From an uncultured Nitrososphaeraceae archaeon (lineage in GTDB: Archaea; Thermoproteota; Nitrososphaeria; Nitrososphaerales; Nitrososphaeraceae), in assembly GCA_963765895.1 (NCBI GenBank), contig CAVXZB010000084.1, forward strand, positions 64,001 to 128,000: a stretch of 64,000 nucleotides of DNA, written 5' to 3'. The notes under the pieces were generated by a model. That model was not told the DNA's origin. It searched no databases and saw only the letters and a list, made by a program, of their open reading frames with translations. The position numbers and the translations under genes were made by a program. Positions within the stretch are counted from its first letter, which is position 1, and the number at the start of each line of letters is the position of its first letter. Shown here piece by piece: positions 44,981 through 56,330 of this stretch.

Positions 44981-45943
44981 TTGACTATTGATGGACTAGA
45001 CCAGATGTTTATTATACCCGAGAAAACAAAAGCTGGATACGGATTTGCGGATATACCCCAATCAGTTACTCTTGATGAAGCTCAGGTGATATTTTATGGT
45101 GTTCCATTAGACCTGACGACCAGTTTTGGAAAAGGTACTGCAAGAGGTCCAGAAGCGATACGAATCACATCTGCTCGTCAAACTGAAACATTTGTTTTTG
45201 AAGAAAAGATCGATATTTATGAGAGGGCGAGAATTTACGACCTAGGAGATATCAAGATACCCAAGACCAAGGGAGGAAATCGGTATAACCACATCAAGAC
45301 TGTCTTTAAGTATCTTGATGACAAGATTTCAAAAGTCTCTAGGGCCGCTCTTAGCACGAATAAAATTCCTGTGCTGCTTGGAGGAGAGCATACTGTCTCG
45401 TATTTTCAGATAAAGGAAGTGTCCAAGGAAAATCCCATTCTTATCCATTTTGATGCCCACAGAGATATGAAAGAAGAATATGATGATCTTAGATTGTGTC
45501 ATACTACACCTTTTTACCATCTTATAAAAGAAGGACACATTTCTGGCAAAAATATTATTCAGATCGGTATTCGCCAGGCTGATAGTCACGAAAATAAAAC
45601 GGCCGAGGCATTTGGAGTGACTACCTTCGATGCTTGGAGGGTTCACAATAGAATAGATGAGCTTCTCAATCATTTGCAGAGGGTTACTAGAAATAGGAAT
45701 ATCTACATATCTTTTGATATCGATGTCTACGATCTACCTTACGTGCCATGCACAGGCACACCAGAACCTTTTGGGTTAGACCCTTTTCAGATTCTTAGAA
45801 TAATTAAGAGCATAAGTCACTCGTCCACACTCGTGGGAGTGGATTTAGTAGAAGTGGGCATAAAAAATAATGATTATCGAGAAGGAGTCCTTGCAACACA
45901 AACTCTGTTTAGAATTCTCGCACATAAATATAAAACAAAATGA
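44981..45943 (+). CDS. speB: Agmatinase (ureohydrolase family)
   Basis: GVPLD...G...GPEAIR, GGEHT, FDAHRD, SFDIDVYD, TGTPEPFG. Confidence 0.88.
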   Translation: MTIDGLDQMFIIPEKTKAGYGFADIPQSVTLDEAQVIFYGVPLDLTTSFGKGTARGPEAIRITSARQTETFVFEEKIDIYERARIYDLGDIKIPKTKGGNRYNHIKTVFKYLDDKISKVSRAALSTNKIPVLLGGEHTVSYFQIKEVSKENPILIHFDAHRDMKEEYDDLRLCHTTPFYHLIKEGHISGKNIIQIGIRQADSHENKTAEAFGVTTFDAWRVHNRIDELLNHLQRVTRNRNIYISFDIDVYDLPYVPCTGTPEPFGLDPFQILRIIKSISHSSTLVGVDLVEVGIKNNDYREGVLATQTLFRILAHKYKTK

Positions 45944-46332
45944 TTTGGTCCGACTAGTCGAAACGAGCAACCAGATCAACTATGGTAGTAATGATGTCTG
46001 TTAGCCTTTACAAGATTTCGAGACCACTAAAATTCATTTGGGCGTCGAAAACCCATTGTTAAGGTTACACTAAACACAAAAAATTTTGTGTGTAGCACAA
46101 TTTCGTGGTTGTTTACAACCGTATCTGGTCCATGAAAGCCTGTGGAATCACTTGCTTACTTGGAGCGTTGCGGTATGGATTCTCATTGTACATATCATTA
46201 ATCAACATCAAAGCTTTTCATTTAAAATATATTTGCCAATAATAGCGGCTTCTTAAGGCAAATCTTATTAGTGTTGTAAATTCAAATGAATGACTAATTT
46301 TATAAGCTGCCAATTTTTAATAATCATGAATA

Positions 46333-46638
46333 ATGCAAGACTTTTTTGAAATAGATCGTTTAATAGAAGACTTGGCGAAGATTTACGCTACTGCATGTGC
46401 TTCTACATGGTTTAAAGTATCTAGAAATTTGAAACCTACGAGAGAAGAATTCCGTAGCAAAGCAGTCGAGTTTATGGGTCATTTTCAATATTCCCTATCA
46501 AAATTTCCCGAGAATGAGGATGGAGAAAAGTTTAGAGAGTACGCTAACAACAGACTCCAGACAGAAACGAAGAAGGTTGTCGAAGGAAACAATAAAGAGG
46601 TTGAGAAAAGATACAAGTATTTTGTTGGTTGGTCCTAA
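46333..46638 (+). CDS. Hypothetical protein
   Basis: Clean 101-aa ATG ORF, helical, ends VEKRYKYFVGWS. Confidence 0.75.
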   Translation: MQDFFEIDRLIEDLAKIYATACASTWFKVSRNLKPTREEFRSKAVEFMGHFQYSLSKFPENEDGEKFREYANNRLQTETKKVVEGNNKEVEKRYKYFVGWS

Positions 46639-47161
46639 AATAGGGATGTATTATGCTAATCCAGATCATACTTGAATACTGACCGTGACTTCTTACTGAC
46701 AACCTTGCTATCCGATACTTCTGATTCGAATCTATATATTTTTTAACTATGATAGATCCTGCTCTCTGTTAATAGAACTCGAGTTGAATCACTACTATCT
46801 GAACCTATTTGATATTTTGGAGCTGTAAGACATATGAGTAGGTGTTGAAAAATCTAGTCCAAATCTTTTAAAGATAGTTCTAACTAGTAACTCAGTCTTA
46901 CACTGGAAATTAGGACAAAATTTTCAATAAAAACCTCTCTTCGATAATTATCCCGCAATTAATATAATGAAGTTGCTATCTAATGCATCATTAGTTATTC
47001 GATAATCAAAAATTAAAATTGAATTGATTTACTATGTGGACCATTTACTCCAAATGCTGACATTACTGTTAACTAAAAATTAAGATTATCAAACATCGTG
47101 GATATTGATAAAATGACATGAAATTCTTGGAGGCCACACATCGATATATAGTGAATGATAG

Positions 47162-47178
47162 TCGTAAAAGTTTTAAGA
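47162..47178 (+). promoter_or_regulatory. Putative BRE/TATA element of fbp
   Basis: cgtaaaag-TTTTAAG about 35 bp upstream of ATG 47209. Confidence 0.5.
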
Positions 47179-47208
47179 AGCACACCCAAACAACAATAGT
47201 ATTAGGAA

Positions 47209-48315
47209 ATGAAAATTACATTATCTGCAATCAAAGCCGACATTGGAGCAATCGGAGGTCATACTTGTCCCAGTTCAGAATTGATTCAAAAAGTAAAGGA
47301 TCATGTTTTATCCAGATCAAAAGGGATGCTAATTGACCACTATATTGGCTTCAGTGGCGACGATATACACATTATCATGACCCACACATTGGGGATCGAC
47401 AATAAACAGATTCATCAACTCGCGTGGGATGCCTTCAGTGAGGGAACTAAGATTGCCAAAGAACAAGGATTGTATGGTGCAGGTCAAGATCTTTTGAAGG
47501 ACGCTTTTTCAGGAAATGTAAGAGGCATGGGGCCTGGCGTCGCAGAGATTGAGATGGAAGAACGTCCAAGTGAGGTATTTTGCATATTTGCAGCTGATAA
47601 GACCGAACCGGGGGCGTTCAACTTTCCTCTTTGGCGAATGTTTGTCGATGCCAGGAGTAACACCGGACTTCTAATTAATGAACAATTAGCATCAGGGGTA
47701 ACCTTTCGAATCATGGACGTTATTGCAGGCAAGATCGCAGATCTTAAGATGTGGGAAGACAAACCAGAACTTGAGGCAGCACTGATGTATCCAGGAAGGT
47801 ATGTAGTTCATTCGGTTGTATCTTCAGACGGAGATGTTATTGTATCAGCATCCACGGATAGACTTCACAATATTGCTGGTACATATGTAGGAAAGGACGA
47901 TCCGATCGCGATAGTGAGAACGCAAAAGAACTTTCCTGCAACAGAAGAAGCTGGAAGTGCTTTTAACAATCCACATTTTGTAGCAGGTAACACTCGTGGG
48001 AGCCATCATATGCCTCTCATGCCCGTAAGGCTAAATTCAGCTGCGAGTTTGAACTATGCCATACCAATAGTCTCTTGTCTTGTGTTTAGTATGCATAATG
48101 GTAAGTTGACAGGTCCACATGACGGATTTGGTACTGCGGACTGGGATCTTCAAAGAATGTGGGCCTCTGAGAGGGCAATGATCATTAGAAACCAAGGTTT
48201 TATTCATCCTGCGACTTTGGTGCCGGAGGAGCTAGAATATAATAAAGGCTATGAAGCAAGGATGGCCAAATTGAATAAAAAATTTAAAGATATTAGTACA
48301 ACTACGACCTCCTAA
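47209..48315 (+). CDS. fbp: Bifunctional fructose-1,6-bisphosphate aldolase/phosphatase (class V)
   Basis: IKADIGAIGGH, GDDI, GLYGAGQDLLKDAFSGNVRGMGPG, ADKTEPGAFN, YVGKDDP. Confidence 0.97.
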   Translation: MKITLSAIKADIGAIGGHTCPSSELIQKVKDHVLSRSKGMLIDHYIGFSGDDIHIIMTHTLGIDNKQIHQLAWDAFSEGTKIAKEQGLYGAGQDLLKDAFSGNVRGMGPGVAEIEMEERPSEVFCIFAADKTEPGAFNFPLWRMFVDARSNTGLLINEQLASGVTFRIMDVIAGKIADLKMWEDKPELEAALMYPGRYVVHSVVSSDGDVIVSASTDRLHNIAGTYVGKDDPIAIVRTQKNFPATEEAGSAFNNPHFVAGNTRGSHHMPLMPVRLNSAASLNYAIPIVSCLVFSMHNGKLTGPHDGFGTADWDLQRMWASERAMIIRNQGFIHPATLVPEELEYNKGYEARMAKLNKKFKDISTTTTS

Positions 48316-48457
48316 AAATAGAATGAAAATAAAGCAGCTGAGCGACTAGGTAGATTATAATTGCCAATTGACATTATAACTAAAATTTCTAAATATACAC
48401 ATGTCATTTCTATAGTTAGGATAATAAATGTAAGAAAAAGAATAGCTATTTAATCAT

Positions 48458-49126
48458 TTGAAGAATCCACTAATTTTAAATTTTAAGAACTACCTAGAGA
48501 TTTCTGGAGAAAAGACCTTAGAACTTGCAAAGTCAGCCGAGAAAGTCAGTAATGACCTAGGAGTAGAGATAGTTGTAGCTCCGCCGCAGCCTTCTCTGTG
48601 GACTGTAGCAAATATTATAGATATTCCTGTAATATGTCAGCACGTAGATGATGCCAATTCTGGATCGAGTACTGGCTACTTTGTACCAGAAATTGCCAAG
48701 TCGTATGGAGGTATAGGGTCTTTGATAAATCATAGTGAGCACAGGATAGACATGAAGAGTATATTGAAGTTGGTCCAGACGTTAAAAAAACTTAATATGA
48801 TATCCATAGTTTGTGCGAGGACACCTGCCGAGGTTGTTGAGATAGCGAAGTTCAGGCCTGATTTCGTTGCGATCGAACCGCCGGAGCTAATAGGTAGTGG
48901 TAAGGCTATATCGAAGGAGGCGCCACAAATAATTTCAAGTTCAGTAAAGGCAGTAACTGACAATTCTGATTCTACAGGGATGGTTTGTGGAGCAGGAATC
49001 GTGGATAAATCAGATGTTTCCAGGGCTCTACAGCTAGGTGCAAATGGAATTCTCGTGGCAAGCGGCATAATTAAATATAGGTCGTGGCAAGAAAAGATTT
49101 CAGAACTAGCTTCGGCCTTTATCTAG
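48458..49126 (+). CDS. tpiA: Triosephosphate isomerase (archaeal type)
   Basis: NFKNY, NHSEHR, AIEPPELIGSG, CGAGI, GILVASG. Confidence 0.96.
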   Translation: MKNPLILNFKNYLEISGEKTLELAKSAEKVSNDLGVEIVVAPPQPSLWTVANIIDIPVICQHVDDANSGSSTGYFVPEIAKSYGGIGSLINHSEHRIDMKSILKLVQTLKKLNMISIVCARTPAEVVEIAKFRPDFVAIEPPELIGSGKAISKEAPQIISSSVKAVTDNSDSTGMVCGAGIVDKSDVSRALQLGANGILVASGIIKYRSWQEKISELASAFI

Positions 49127-49465
49127 CTAACATAGTAGATATATTGTATAATTACTAGATTTATTTTGATATTATAGAGAGGATTGGACTTGTAATAACT
49201 TAATTACAAATCTAAATTGGCATTGCACTTAGTCGAGGGGTTAAGTCGTCCAAATATTGAAGAATAATCTTGCTCACTATCCTGTGATCTGTTGTCAAAA
49301 AATCGGTAAGAAAGATAAGGAAAACAATCCGTTCTGGATCGCAAGCTGTTAGTTTTTATTGCAAATGCCAAATTTGAATACTTTATACTCCTTATCTCCT
49401 ATACACTAATTCGTATACTGAGCTATAAGGTAGTCATGGTCCTGTAACTAGCCTACCAGCTTAAT

Positions 49466-49948
49466 TTATTGCGTCACCACTACAGGTTCAGACATTGCTG
49501 CGTTTTCTTTTCCGATGTCAGACAATGTCTTTTTGATGTGGTCCCAGAAATGTTTCTCAAATGCATGTGCTCTATAACCTGATACTGCAGCTGCAGGAAT
49601 TGCAGCTATTCCGGCAGTCAGAACACCTGCTATAACTGTCGGAACGATTATATCTTTACCCCATGCACCTGTTCGTAGAATCAGATCATAATTACCCTCG
49701 TTGCCGCTTATCATAACCTCTACATCACGTACATTTCCGATTATGACACTGCCTCTAGTACCTTTATGCGCTTTTAGATCCCAAAAGTTTTCTTCCTTTT
49801 CCTCGTGGATTATATCAAGTTTTTTGTCCTGTAAATATTTCTTGATTTGACTGTACAGTTGTGAAACATCTACATTTTGTAGAGTAACATGTTCTTGTCT
49901 CATTATTACTTTGTATAGGATAATCTCTATTATACTTTTACAAAGCAA
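49466..49948 (-). CDS. Hypothetical protein with one hydrophobic segment (start probably ATG 49903)
   Basis: Clean ORF; GAWGKDIIVPTVIAGVLTAGIAAIPAA. Confidence 0.75.
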   Translation of the reverse strand: MLCKSIIEIILYKVIMRQEHVTLQNVDVSQLYSQIKKYLQDKKLDIIHEEKEENFWDLKAHKGTRGSVIIGNVRDVEVMISGNEGNYDLILRTGAWGKDIIVPTVIAGVLTAGIAAIPAAAVSGYRAHAFEKHFWDHIKKTLSDIGKENAAMSEPVVVTQ

Positions 49949-50604
49949 TATAAACAGTACAACTATCCAAAAAAAGTCTTACTCTAATCAGAATTTCTTT
50001 CTGGTCCCAGTATATCGTGTATTTGATTGTTAGCTGAAATTCAGTATATAGCTTCAATTCGCGCATTTTGCGTATCAATCTATTCCAGTATTCCCAATGA
50101 CAAAATTATCTTCCTCAATAAGTTATGCTGTCACGACATAACCACTTAGACTGCGGATCCTGTCCAGCCCGGAATTTCCAACTGAAGTAACGGGATAAGA
50201 CGTACCTATTTTCAGACCGTTCTAACTTCAAGCCACGGTACAGCCTAATGAAGCTTAAGATATATGCAATGACATCTGCCGGTTCAACCCTGCAAAAAAA
50301 TCCTTAATTAGGAGCAGCATACCAATTTATACGGCCTGTTCAAATGTATTTATCACTTGTACCCGTATCTTAACATCTATCTTTGTGGGTGTCAGTTAGT
50401 TCACCTTGAGTAATATCGCAAAATTGGGTATATAGGTATACAATACTAATTCGGGTCCCGATTATATTGCATGTAATGCTTGTGGGATGCACTGAGCTAT
50501 AATCTGGCCATCCTATCCTGCTGTATTGCATGATGACTGAGATTTAAATAGTTGTTTCCGATAAAGGCTACCTTTAACAATATTCTAATACATAATCCCC
50601 GAAT

Positions 50605-51786
50605 TTGCATTTTAAATATATTAATAAGTTCAATCGTAAATTTTATTTTATGTCATTAAATCATTTTATCACTCTGCTAAGACCCGTAATCATAATCCTG
50701 CCAATATTGTCAATATCCATCGTGTTAAATAATAGTGAGCTTAAAAGTGAACCGGCGCTAGCAACTAGTCTGAATAACTCTTATGTTGATCATTTCAATG
50801 TCCCAGTGGCACTTGAAAAAAGCTCCGTATTTTATACAATTAGTGAAGCAGCAAGCGTGCAAGTAAAAACTAACCATAATACAGGAGCAAATGTTAAAAC
50901 TACTCAGGTTAATAATGACAGCATTGCTGACATAAATCACACAACTAAACTAGCGATATTAACTTTTGGCGATATTCATAAAAACCAATTCACAGTTGTC
51001 AAGCCAATCTTGGACAAGTATGGCTTTAAGGGTAGTTTCTTTGTAACCTGCGGCTTTGTTAAAGACAATAATGCCAAAAACATTGGGATGGATAACGGCA
51101 AAGAGAATGGAACGCCGCGGATGAGCTGGAGCGACATAGAGGCGCTAAAACAAGATGGCCAAGATATAGAATCGAAAGGAATGACACACCGAGATCTTAA
51201 CCAATTGGGATCTGAGGATCTAGAATTCGAAATTGGAGGCTCGAAACACTGTTTAGAAAGTCACAACATTAGCCCTAATATTTTTGCAGTTGTACATGGT
51301 GATGCATGGAACAATTCTAGTGTTATAAATATTATCAGCAAATATTATGGGTTTGCAGATAATGGCTTTGCTGATCTAATATTTTTACGCTGTGATGGAT
51401 ACGTTACGCACAAACAAACCGATTGCAGCACCTACACTAATAATGGGACATTAAATTATGCAAACAGATATTCCATAAGAGAGAGGAGTCAGAATACATT
51501 GGACCGAACTTATCTCCACAACGATCAGGTAATATTTGAGAAATTTAAAGAACAGGTAAATTCTCAAACTGGATATAATAATATGAAGGCCTTTATTGAC
51601 GCCATACCTGTAATTGCGTACCATAGTATAGATGACTCAAAAGGGCCTTCAAGTACTAATGCTGAATTGTTTGCGTCAGAGATGAAATATTTACACGATA
51701 ATGGAATTAAGGTAATACCTATGTCTGATCTAGGCTATAATGAAAGCGCCGATTATATTTACGTTAAAAACTGGTCAAGTCGATAA
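50605..51786 (+). CDS. Exported polysaccharide-deacetylase (NodB/CE4)-like protein with degenerate active site
   Basis: AILTFGD, PILDKYGFKGSFFV, MSWSDIEAL, MTHRDL; C-terminal IPVIAYH. Confidence 0.85.
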   Translation: MHFKYINKFNRKFYFMSLNHFITLLRPVIIILPILSISIVLNNSELKSEPALATSLNNSYVDHFNVPVALEKSSVFYTISEAASVQVKTNHNTGANVKTTQVNNDSIADINHTTKLAILTFGDIHKNQFTVVKPILDKYGFKGSFFVTCGFVKDNNAKNIGMDNGKENGTPRMSWSDIEALKQDGQDIESKGMTHRDLNQLGSEDLEFEIGGSKHCLESHNISPNIFAVVHGDAWNNSSVINIISKYYGFADNGFADLIFLRCDGYVTHKQTDCSTYTNNGTLNYANRYSIRERSQNTLDRTYLHNDQVIFEKFKEQVNSQTGYNNMKAFIDAIPVIAYHSIDDSKGPSSTNAELFASEMKYLHDNGIKVIPMSDLGYNESADYIYVKNWSSR

Positions 51787-52260
51787 TGTAGTCGATTAAT
51801 TGGGTTGAGTTTTTAGTGTATGACAAAAAATTGAGATGTATATTATGATACTAAACTGAGGAGACATTCTGGTCATACCAAAAATAGAAAACAAACTCTA
51901 GCTTTCAATTTTTTTATTCTAAATGTGGTCTTTAAATCCCAAATAACTCCAAATATCAATAAAACCATTGGAAGAAGGACTGGAGCGAACCCGAAAAAAG
52001 ATTAACTCGCAAGAAAAACCGAATAGTACCTACGAATCGTATAATACAGTTTACGTATTGATCCTGACCAGATAGCAAAAAAATAGGCAAGATTAGTTAA
52101 TACAGTATTGAATAGACATAACTAAGTGGTATTACTAGAGTCTTATATGAAATTGACAGAATCTTACATGGCTCCTTTACTTAATAAGTTCAGAAACATT
52201 TCTATAAAATAGAAGAAATCATATCGATCCCTTACTGATATTTTATTTGTCTCGTCACCG

Positions 52261-52497
52261 TTATAAAAAATAATTGTGGAATAAACTAACGTATTTCATT
52301 GGCCATTTTCCTATCGCCTGCTCTTGGCCCGAGCTTGGTATGATCCGATAAATTGTTGTGTCAAAGGTTAGAACGTTTAGATATTGGATATTAGACATAA
52401 CTTCTGTCTCTGATTGCTTCACTAAAAATACTATTGATTTGAGATCTGCTGGACTGTTTGCCACTTTACCTTTAAGAGGATCGTTAGTCTTTTTCAA
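52261..52497 (-). pseudogene. Relic of a PQQ-dehydrogenase C-terminus
   Basis: NDPLKGKVANS...SIVF...YLNVLTF..TIYRIIP resembles NSSLADKIANT...KVVF...YLYILTF....SIYRIVP of the neighbour. Confidence 0.55.
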
Positions 52498-52515
52498 ATC
52501 TTTATATTAACTGCT

Positions 52516-53964
52516 TCAACTTTGTTGGGATCTATCAATATGTGGCACAATTCTATATATAGAACCCTGACTTTTGTGAAATGTGAGGATATACAAATAT
52601 CCATCATATGGGCTAACTTCAATGTCTGATATACCAGCAAATCCCTTAGCAAACACTACTTTATTGCGTTCCTCCGCAGTATTTGCTATTTTATCGGCTA
52701 GTGAACTATTGAGGAGGAGCGACGTTCTATTCTTATTCAGTTCAAAATGATAAAGATTACCATTGTTTATATCACCTACAAATATTGTGTTTTGATATTG
52801 TTGTCCTAGTTTGTCGGAGTTTAGGAACTTTATAGCTGTAACGCCCACAGTCTGATTCCAAACAAATTCAGGAGGACTATATTTTCCTTTTCCCCCAAAG
52901 TCTACCAAGCCTGCTGGAGGTGTTGTAGAAACAGGCCCACCAAAATATGTTTGCGGAATCCAAAACCCTTGAACCTTGACCCAGCCACTATTGAACCCTG
53001 GTTCTACTAGGTTTATCTCATCGCCGAAGCCAGGTCCATTTTCGGTATCCCATAATTTTTTTGTCAGAGGATCAAAATCCAAGCCAAAACTATTCCGAAT
53101 GCCGTAGGCATAATACTTATTTACAGGACTAGTTGTACCAAGAATTCCATTGCCAACTGGCTTCCCGTCTTGTGTAATTCGATATATTATACTCGTGCCA
53201 TCAGATGGCGGACCATTTCCTACATTTTGTGTGTACGTTCTGCTCCCATCCACATCTCCGATAACAACGTATACGTTATTATCTGGGCCGATCAAGACTT
53301 TTCCGGCGTTATGGTGAGGCCCTGGAGCTGCGGGTAAATCAAGAAGTAATTTTCCATTTACTAGTTTATTATTCTCCAGCTCATATCTATACAGAAAATT
53401 ACCAATAGGTTTCTTACCTTGTAAATCGTCACCGTCCTTTGTTTGTGACCCAGTAAAGTATACGAATACATATCTAGGAAGTTTGCTCTCTTTAGAAACA
53501 GCAATTCCCAACATACCTCTTTCGTCGCTTACTGCAACATTGACATCAAGTAGAGGCTCCTTGAGCATTGTTCCATTTATTATTCTCATAACGGTACCAT
53601 TCGTTTTTTCAGTAACTAAAATATCATTAGGACCTAAAAACGCCATATTAGAAGGATAGACGAGACCCCTAAAAAAGCGCTTGATAGATAGGTTTTGGCT
53701 ATCCTTTTCATTTACTAGGGTTGGTATCTTACCTTTTGGTGATGCTGGCGCAGGAGAGGCTTTTGATAAAGCAGCCACGGTGGCAGCTGGTGAGGTTTTA
53801 TGAGGTGATGATTTCAAGGTCTGCTGTCCATGTATATCCCCAAAATAACCATTACCACTGCTCAAAAAAATCATTGCTATCAAAATAAAGGCCACCACGA
53901 GGGCTATTTTCATTCTGCCCCAATACATGATTGGGAATATATTATATGCTTTTCCGTTCTTCAC
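52516..53964 (-). CDS. Exported PQQ-dependent sugar dehydrogenase (GSDH/soluble quinoprotein family)
   Basis: MAFLGPNDILV, ERGMLGIAV, HNAG, YAYGIRNSFGLDFDP, ENGP..GDEINLV.PGFNSGW. Confidence 0.92.
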   Translation of the reverse strand: MKNGKAYNIFPIMYWGRMKIALVVAFILIAMIFLSSGNGYFGDIHGQQTLKSSPHKTSPAATVAALSKASPAPASPKGKIPTLVNEKDSQNLSIKRFFRGLVYPSNMAFLGPNDILVTEKTNGTVMRIINGTMLKEPLLDVNVAVSDERGMLGIAVSKESKLPRYVFVYFTGSQTKDGDDLQGKKPIGNFLYRYELENNKLVNGKLLLDLPAAPGPHHNAGKVLIGPDNNVYVVIGDVDGSRTYTQNVGNGPPSDGTSIIYRITQDGKPVGNGILGTTSPVNKYYAYGIRNSFGLDFDPLTKKLWDTENGPGFGDEINLVEPGFNSGWVKVQGFWIPQTYFGGPVSTTPPAGLVDFGGKGKYSPPEFVWNQTVGVTAIKFLNSDKLGQQYQNTIFVGDINNGNLYHFELNKNRTSLLLNSSLADKIANTAEERNKVVFAKGFAGISDIEVSPYDGYLYILTFHKSQGSIYRIVPHIDRSQQS

Positions 53965-54058
53965 GAATCAACACCTTATCTTATCCATAATTTAGATTCT
54001 TAAAGCGTTATATCATATAAGCATTGATAGGATGGTAAGCGCAGTCGATATGTACAGA

Positions 54059-55097
54059 TCAAGTCGCTTTCAACTGTTCAGTTATATCAATAGTACTTTT
54101 AGATTTTCGCCTAGATGCCTGTCCGCCCATAAGAAATAGCTGACTGGATCTTACTTTATGTTTTATAGACTTGGCCGGTACGCCAGCAACTATATCTTCA
54201 TCTTCTATGTTACCAATAACTGATGCTCCTGAACCCACAATAACCTTGTTTCCTATCTTTATTTTATGTTTTAAAGTTGAATTAAGTCCAAACCAACATG
54301 TATCGCCTATGGTTGTGACCACCACCAATAATAACACCACCGGTTAAGGCGCAGTTTCTCCCTATCTCCACGTTATGAGCCACATGGACTAAGGCGTCTA
54401 ATTTTGTGCCGTTACCTATAACGGTATTTGAGAGAGACCCACGTGCTATGGAGCAATTGGAACATATTTCGACATCGTTTCCTATTTCAACTCCACCTAT
54501 GTGTGGAAATCTTTCAAGTTCCATCGTTTCAGGATGCCTCTCGTAAGCGAAGCCGTCAGCGCCAATCACTACTCCCGGCTGAATAATACAATTCCTGCCA
54601 ATCCTAGTATTTTGTAAAATGCTAACTCTATCATATATTGTTGTATTGTCACCGATTTCGCAATTATTGCCGATAAAACTGTATTGACCTATAGAACAGT
54701 TCTTACCTATTTTGGCTGTTTCTGATACTACTGCCTTCGGCGAAACTCCGATTGATTCCTTTTGTTGTTCCTTATAGATCATCTTAATAATACGCATTAT
54801 AGCCAACCTTGGGTTTCCCAAAAAGATCAGACATTGCTGTTGTCTTTTTTTCTGTATCGGAGACAAAAGTGACTCCATATTTTTTTTGCAAAAAATGACG
54901 CCCGCACCGGATCTGGAGATAGACATGACTGCTTCGTCTCCCTCAGATGAACAAAATGCGAGATCGTGTGAAGATGCGTTATTAAGCGGGGCTATACCGT
55001 TTACTATAATTGAGGTATACTCATTTCCTGATTTTTCATACGAACAATAATAATCAATACCCAGCTCTGTAAGCAGAGCGTGAACGTTCCAAACCAA
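54059..55097 (-). CDS. LpxD-like hexapeptide-repeat N-acyltransferase, frameshift at ~54320
   Basis: N-terminal NPRLA domain; IGADGFAY, FPHIGGVEIGNDVEI, IARGSLSNTVIG.GTKLDALVHVAHNV; ends VAGVPAK in the second ORF. Confidence 0.88.
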
Positions 55098-55479
55098 TGA
55101 ACATTGTTACGTTATGTATATATATAAGTATTAAGGCGACTATATACCCTAATTTTTTACACAGTGGACAGTTAAATATACTCGACTCTATCAAACTCTC
55201 ATTTATAAAACCAAGATCACATTTTTTGGCTTACAGTAGAATTCTCTGTCACAGTACCTATCTTAGGCCTATTTAATAAAGATTCAGTCCAGATAACGTA
55301 TTTATTCTTTAGACCTAATAAAGTCAGAAATATGAATAGATAGGGAATCATTTTGCATCCAGCTTTTTAATGTATGACAAAGCTTGCTGAATTAATTACT
55401 ACTTCCTTGAAGTCGGTGAATCTAATGATGAATATATCACAACAAGAAGGCGCTGTTTTTTAGTTATATCAAGAACATG

Positions 55480-55846
55480 TTATTTCTTTTCTCCTTTAGT
55501 CTTGTCTTCAACGATATTATATTTTGAGAGCTCGCTTGTACGCAAAAAAGACTACTAATGCTATTACTAGGAAGTTAATGATATTCGAAATAAGATCACC
55601 GTATCTGAAAACTGTTGTTGTTCCGGCCAGGTTTGGAACTTTTATTGTTAGCGCTGCCAAGCTACCAGCTGGAAGAAACAGGCCTATAAGCGGATCAATT
55701 ATGTCCTTAACAAAAGCATTTACCAGTGCAGATGCTGCCTGTCCAATTACGAAAGCAATTGCAAGTCCGATTACTCCGAAAGTCTTAAGGAAGTCAAAGA
55801 ATTCCTGAGTAAAAGTACTTTTCTTCTTTTCTGAGCTGGCCGTCAT
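55480..55846 (-). CDS. mscL: MscL-family mechanosensitive channel, frameshift at ~55533
   Basis: EFFDFLKTFGVIGLAIAFVIG, LV..FVKDIIDP, YGDLISNIINF; the repaired end reads YKQLSKYNIVEDKTKGEKK*. Confidence 0.9.
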
Positions 55847-56330
55847 TAATATTGTAGGTCTGGAATGTCACTTATTTAAGAGATTCGTTACGTTTTTGCC
55901 CGATATTCTAGACTGTTTTTACATATAGGTAAATCAAAGTGGAGATAACTTACATCAATATCTGACTAGATCAGTAGCCCTTTCTTCCCCTATCAAACTC
56001 AATTTCATTGTATGATTAGTTCAGATCTTACAGGATAAGTGAGTGACACGATGGTAACACCTTTTTAGGTTTATAACAGGAATCCTTTCCAGAACAGCAG
56101 TGAAAAGGATACTTTGTCTTCGACTCATTAATTTCCTCTTCAACATTTTTGTCTTGTAGGCTGATGTGCTTATCAGCTAAAGATCTCATTGCAGTAATTT
56201 ATTATTCACAGAAGATATGTCTACTCCTGCTCGTTTGTGTCATCAATTTTGTTTTACTTTTTCGGAGTCTGAGCATAATTTCAAAGAACAAATAGCAATC
56301 CTTAATGGTAACATATGTTCGTTATAGATC

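Noticed and set aside
26219-48742. Antisense and overlapping ORFs inside core genes (e.g. 27194, 30568, 33650, 37579, 44166, 47484)
   Set aside because: Shadow frames of well-supported genes with no independent motifs
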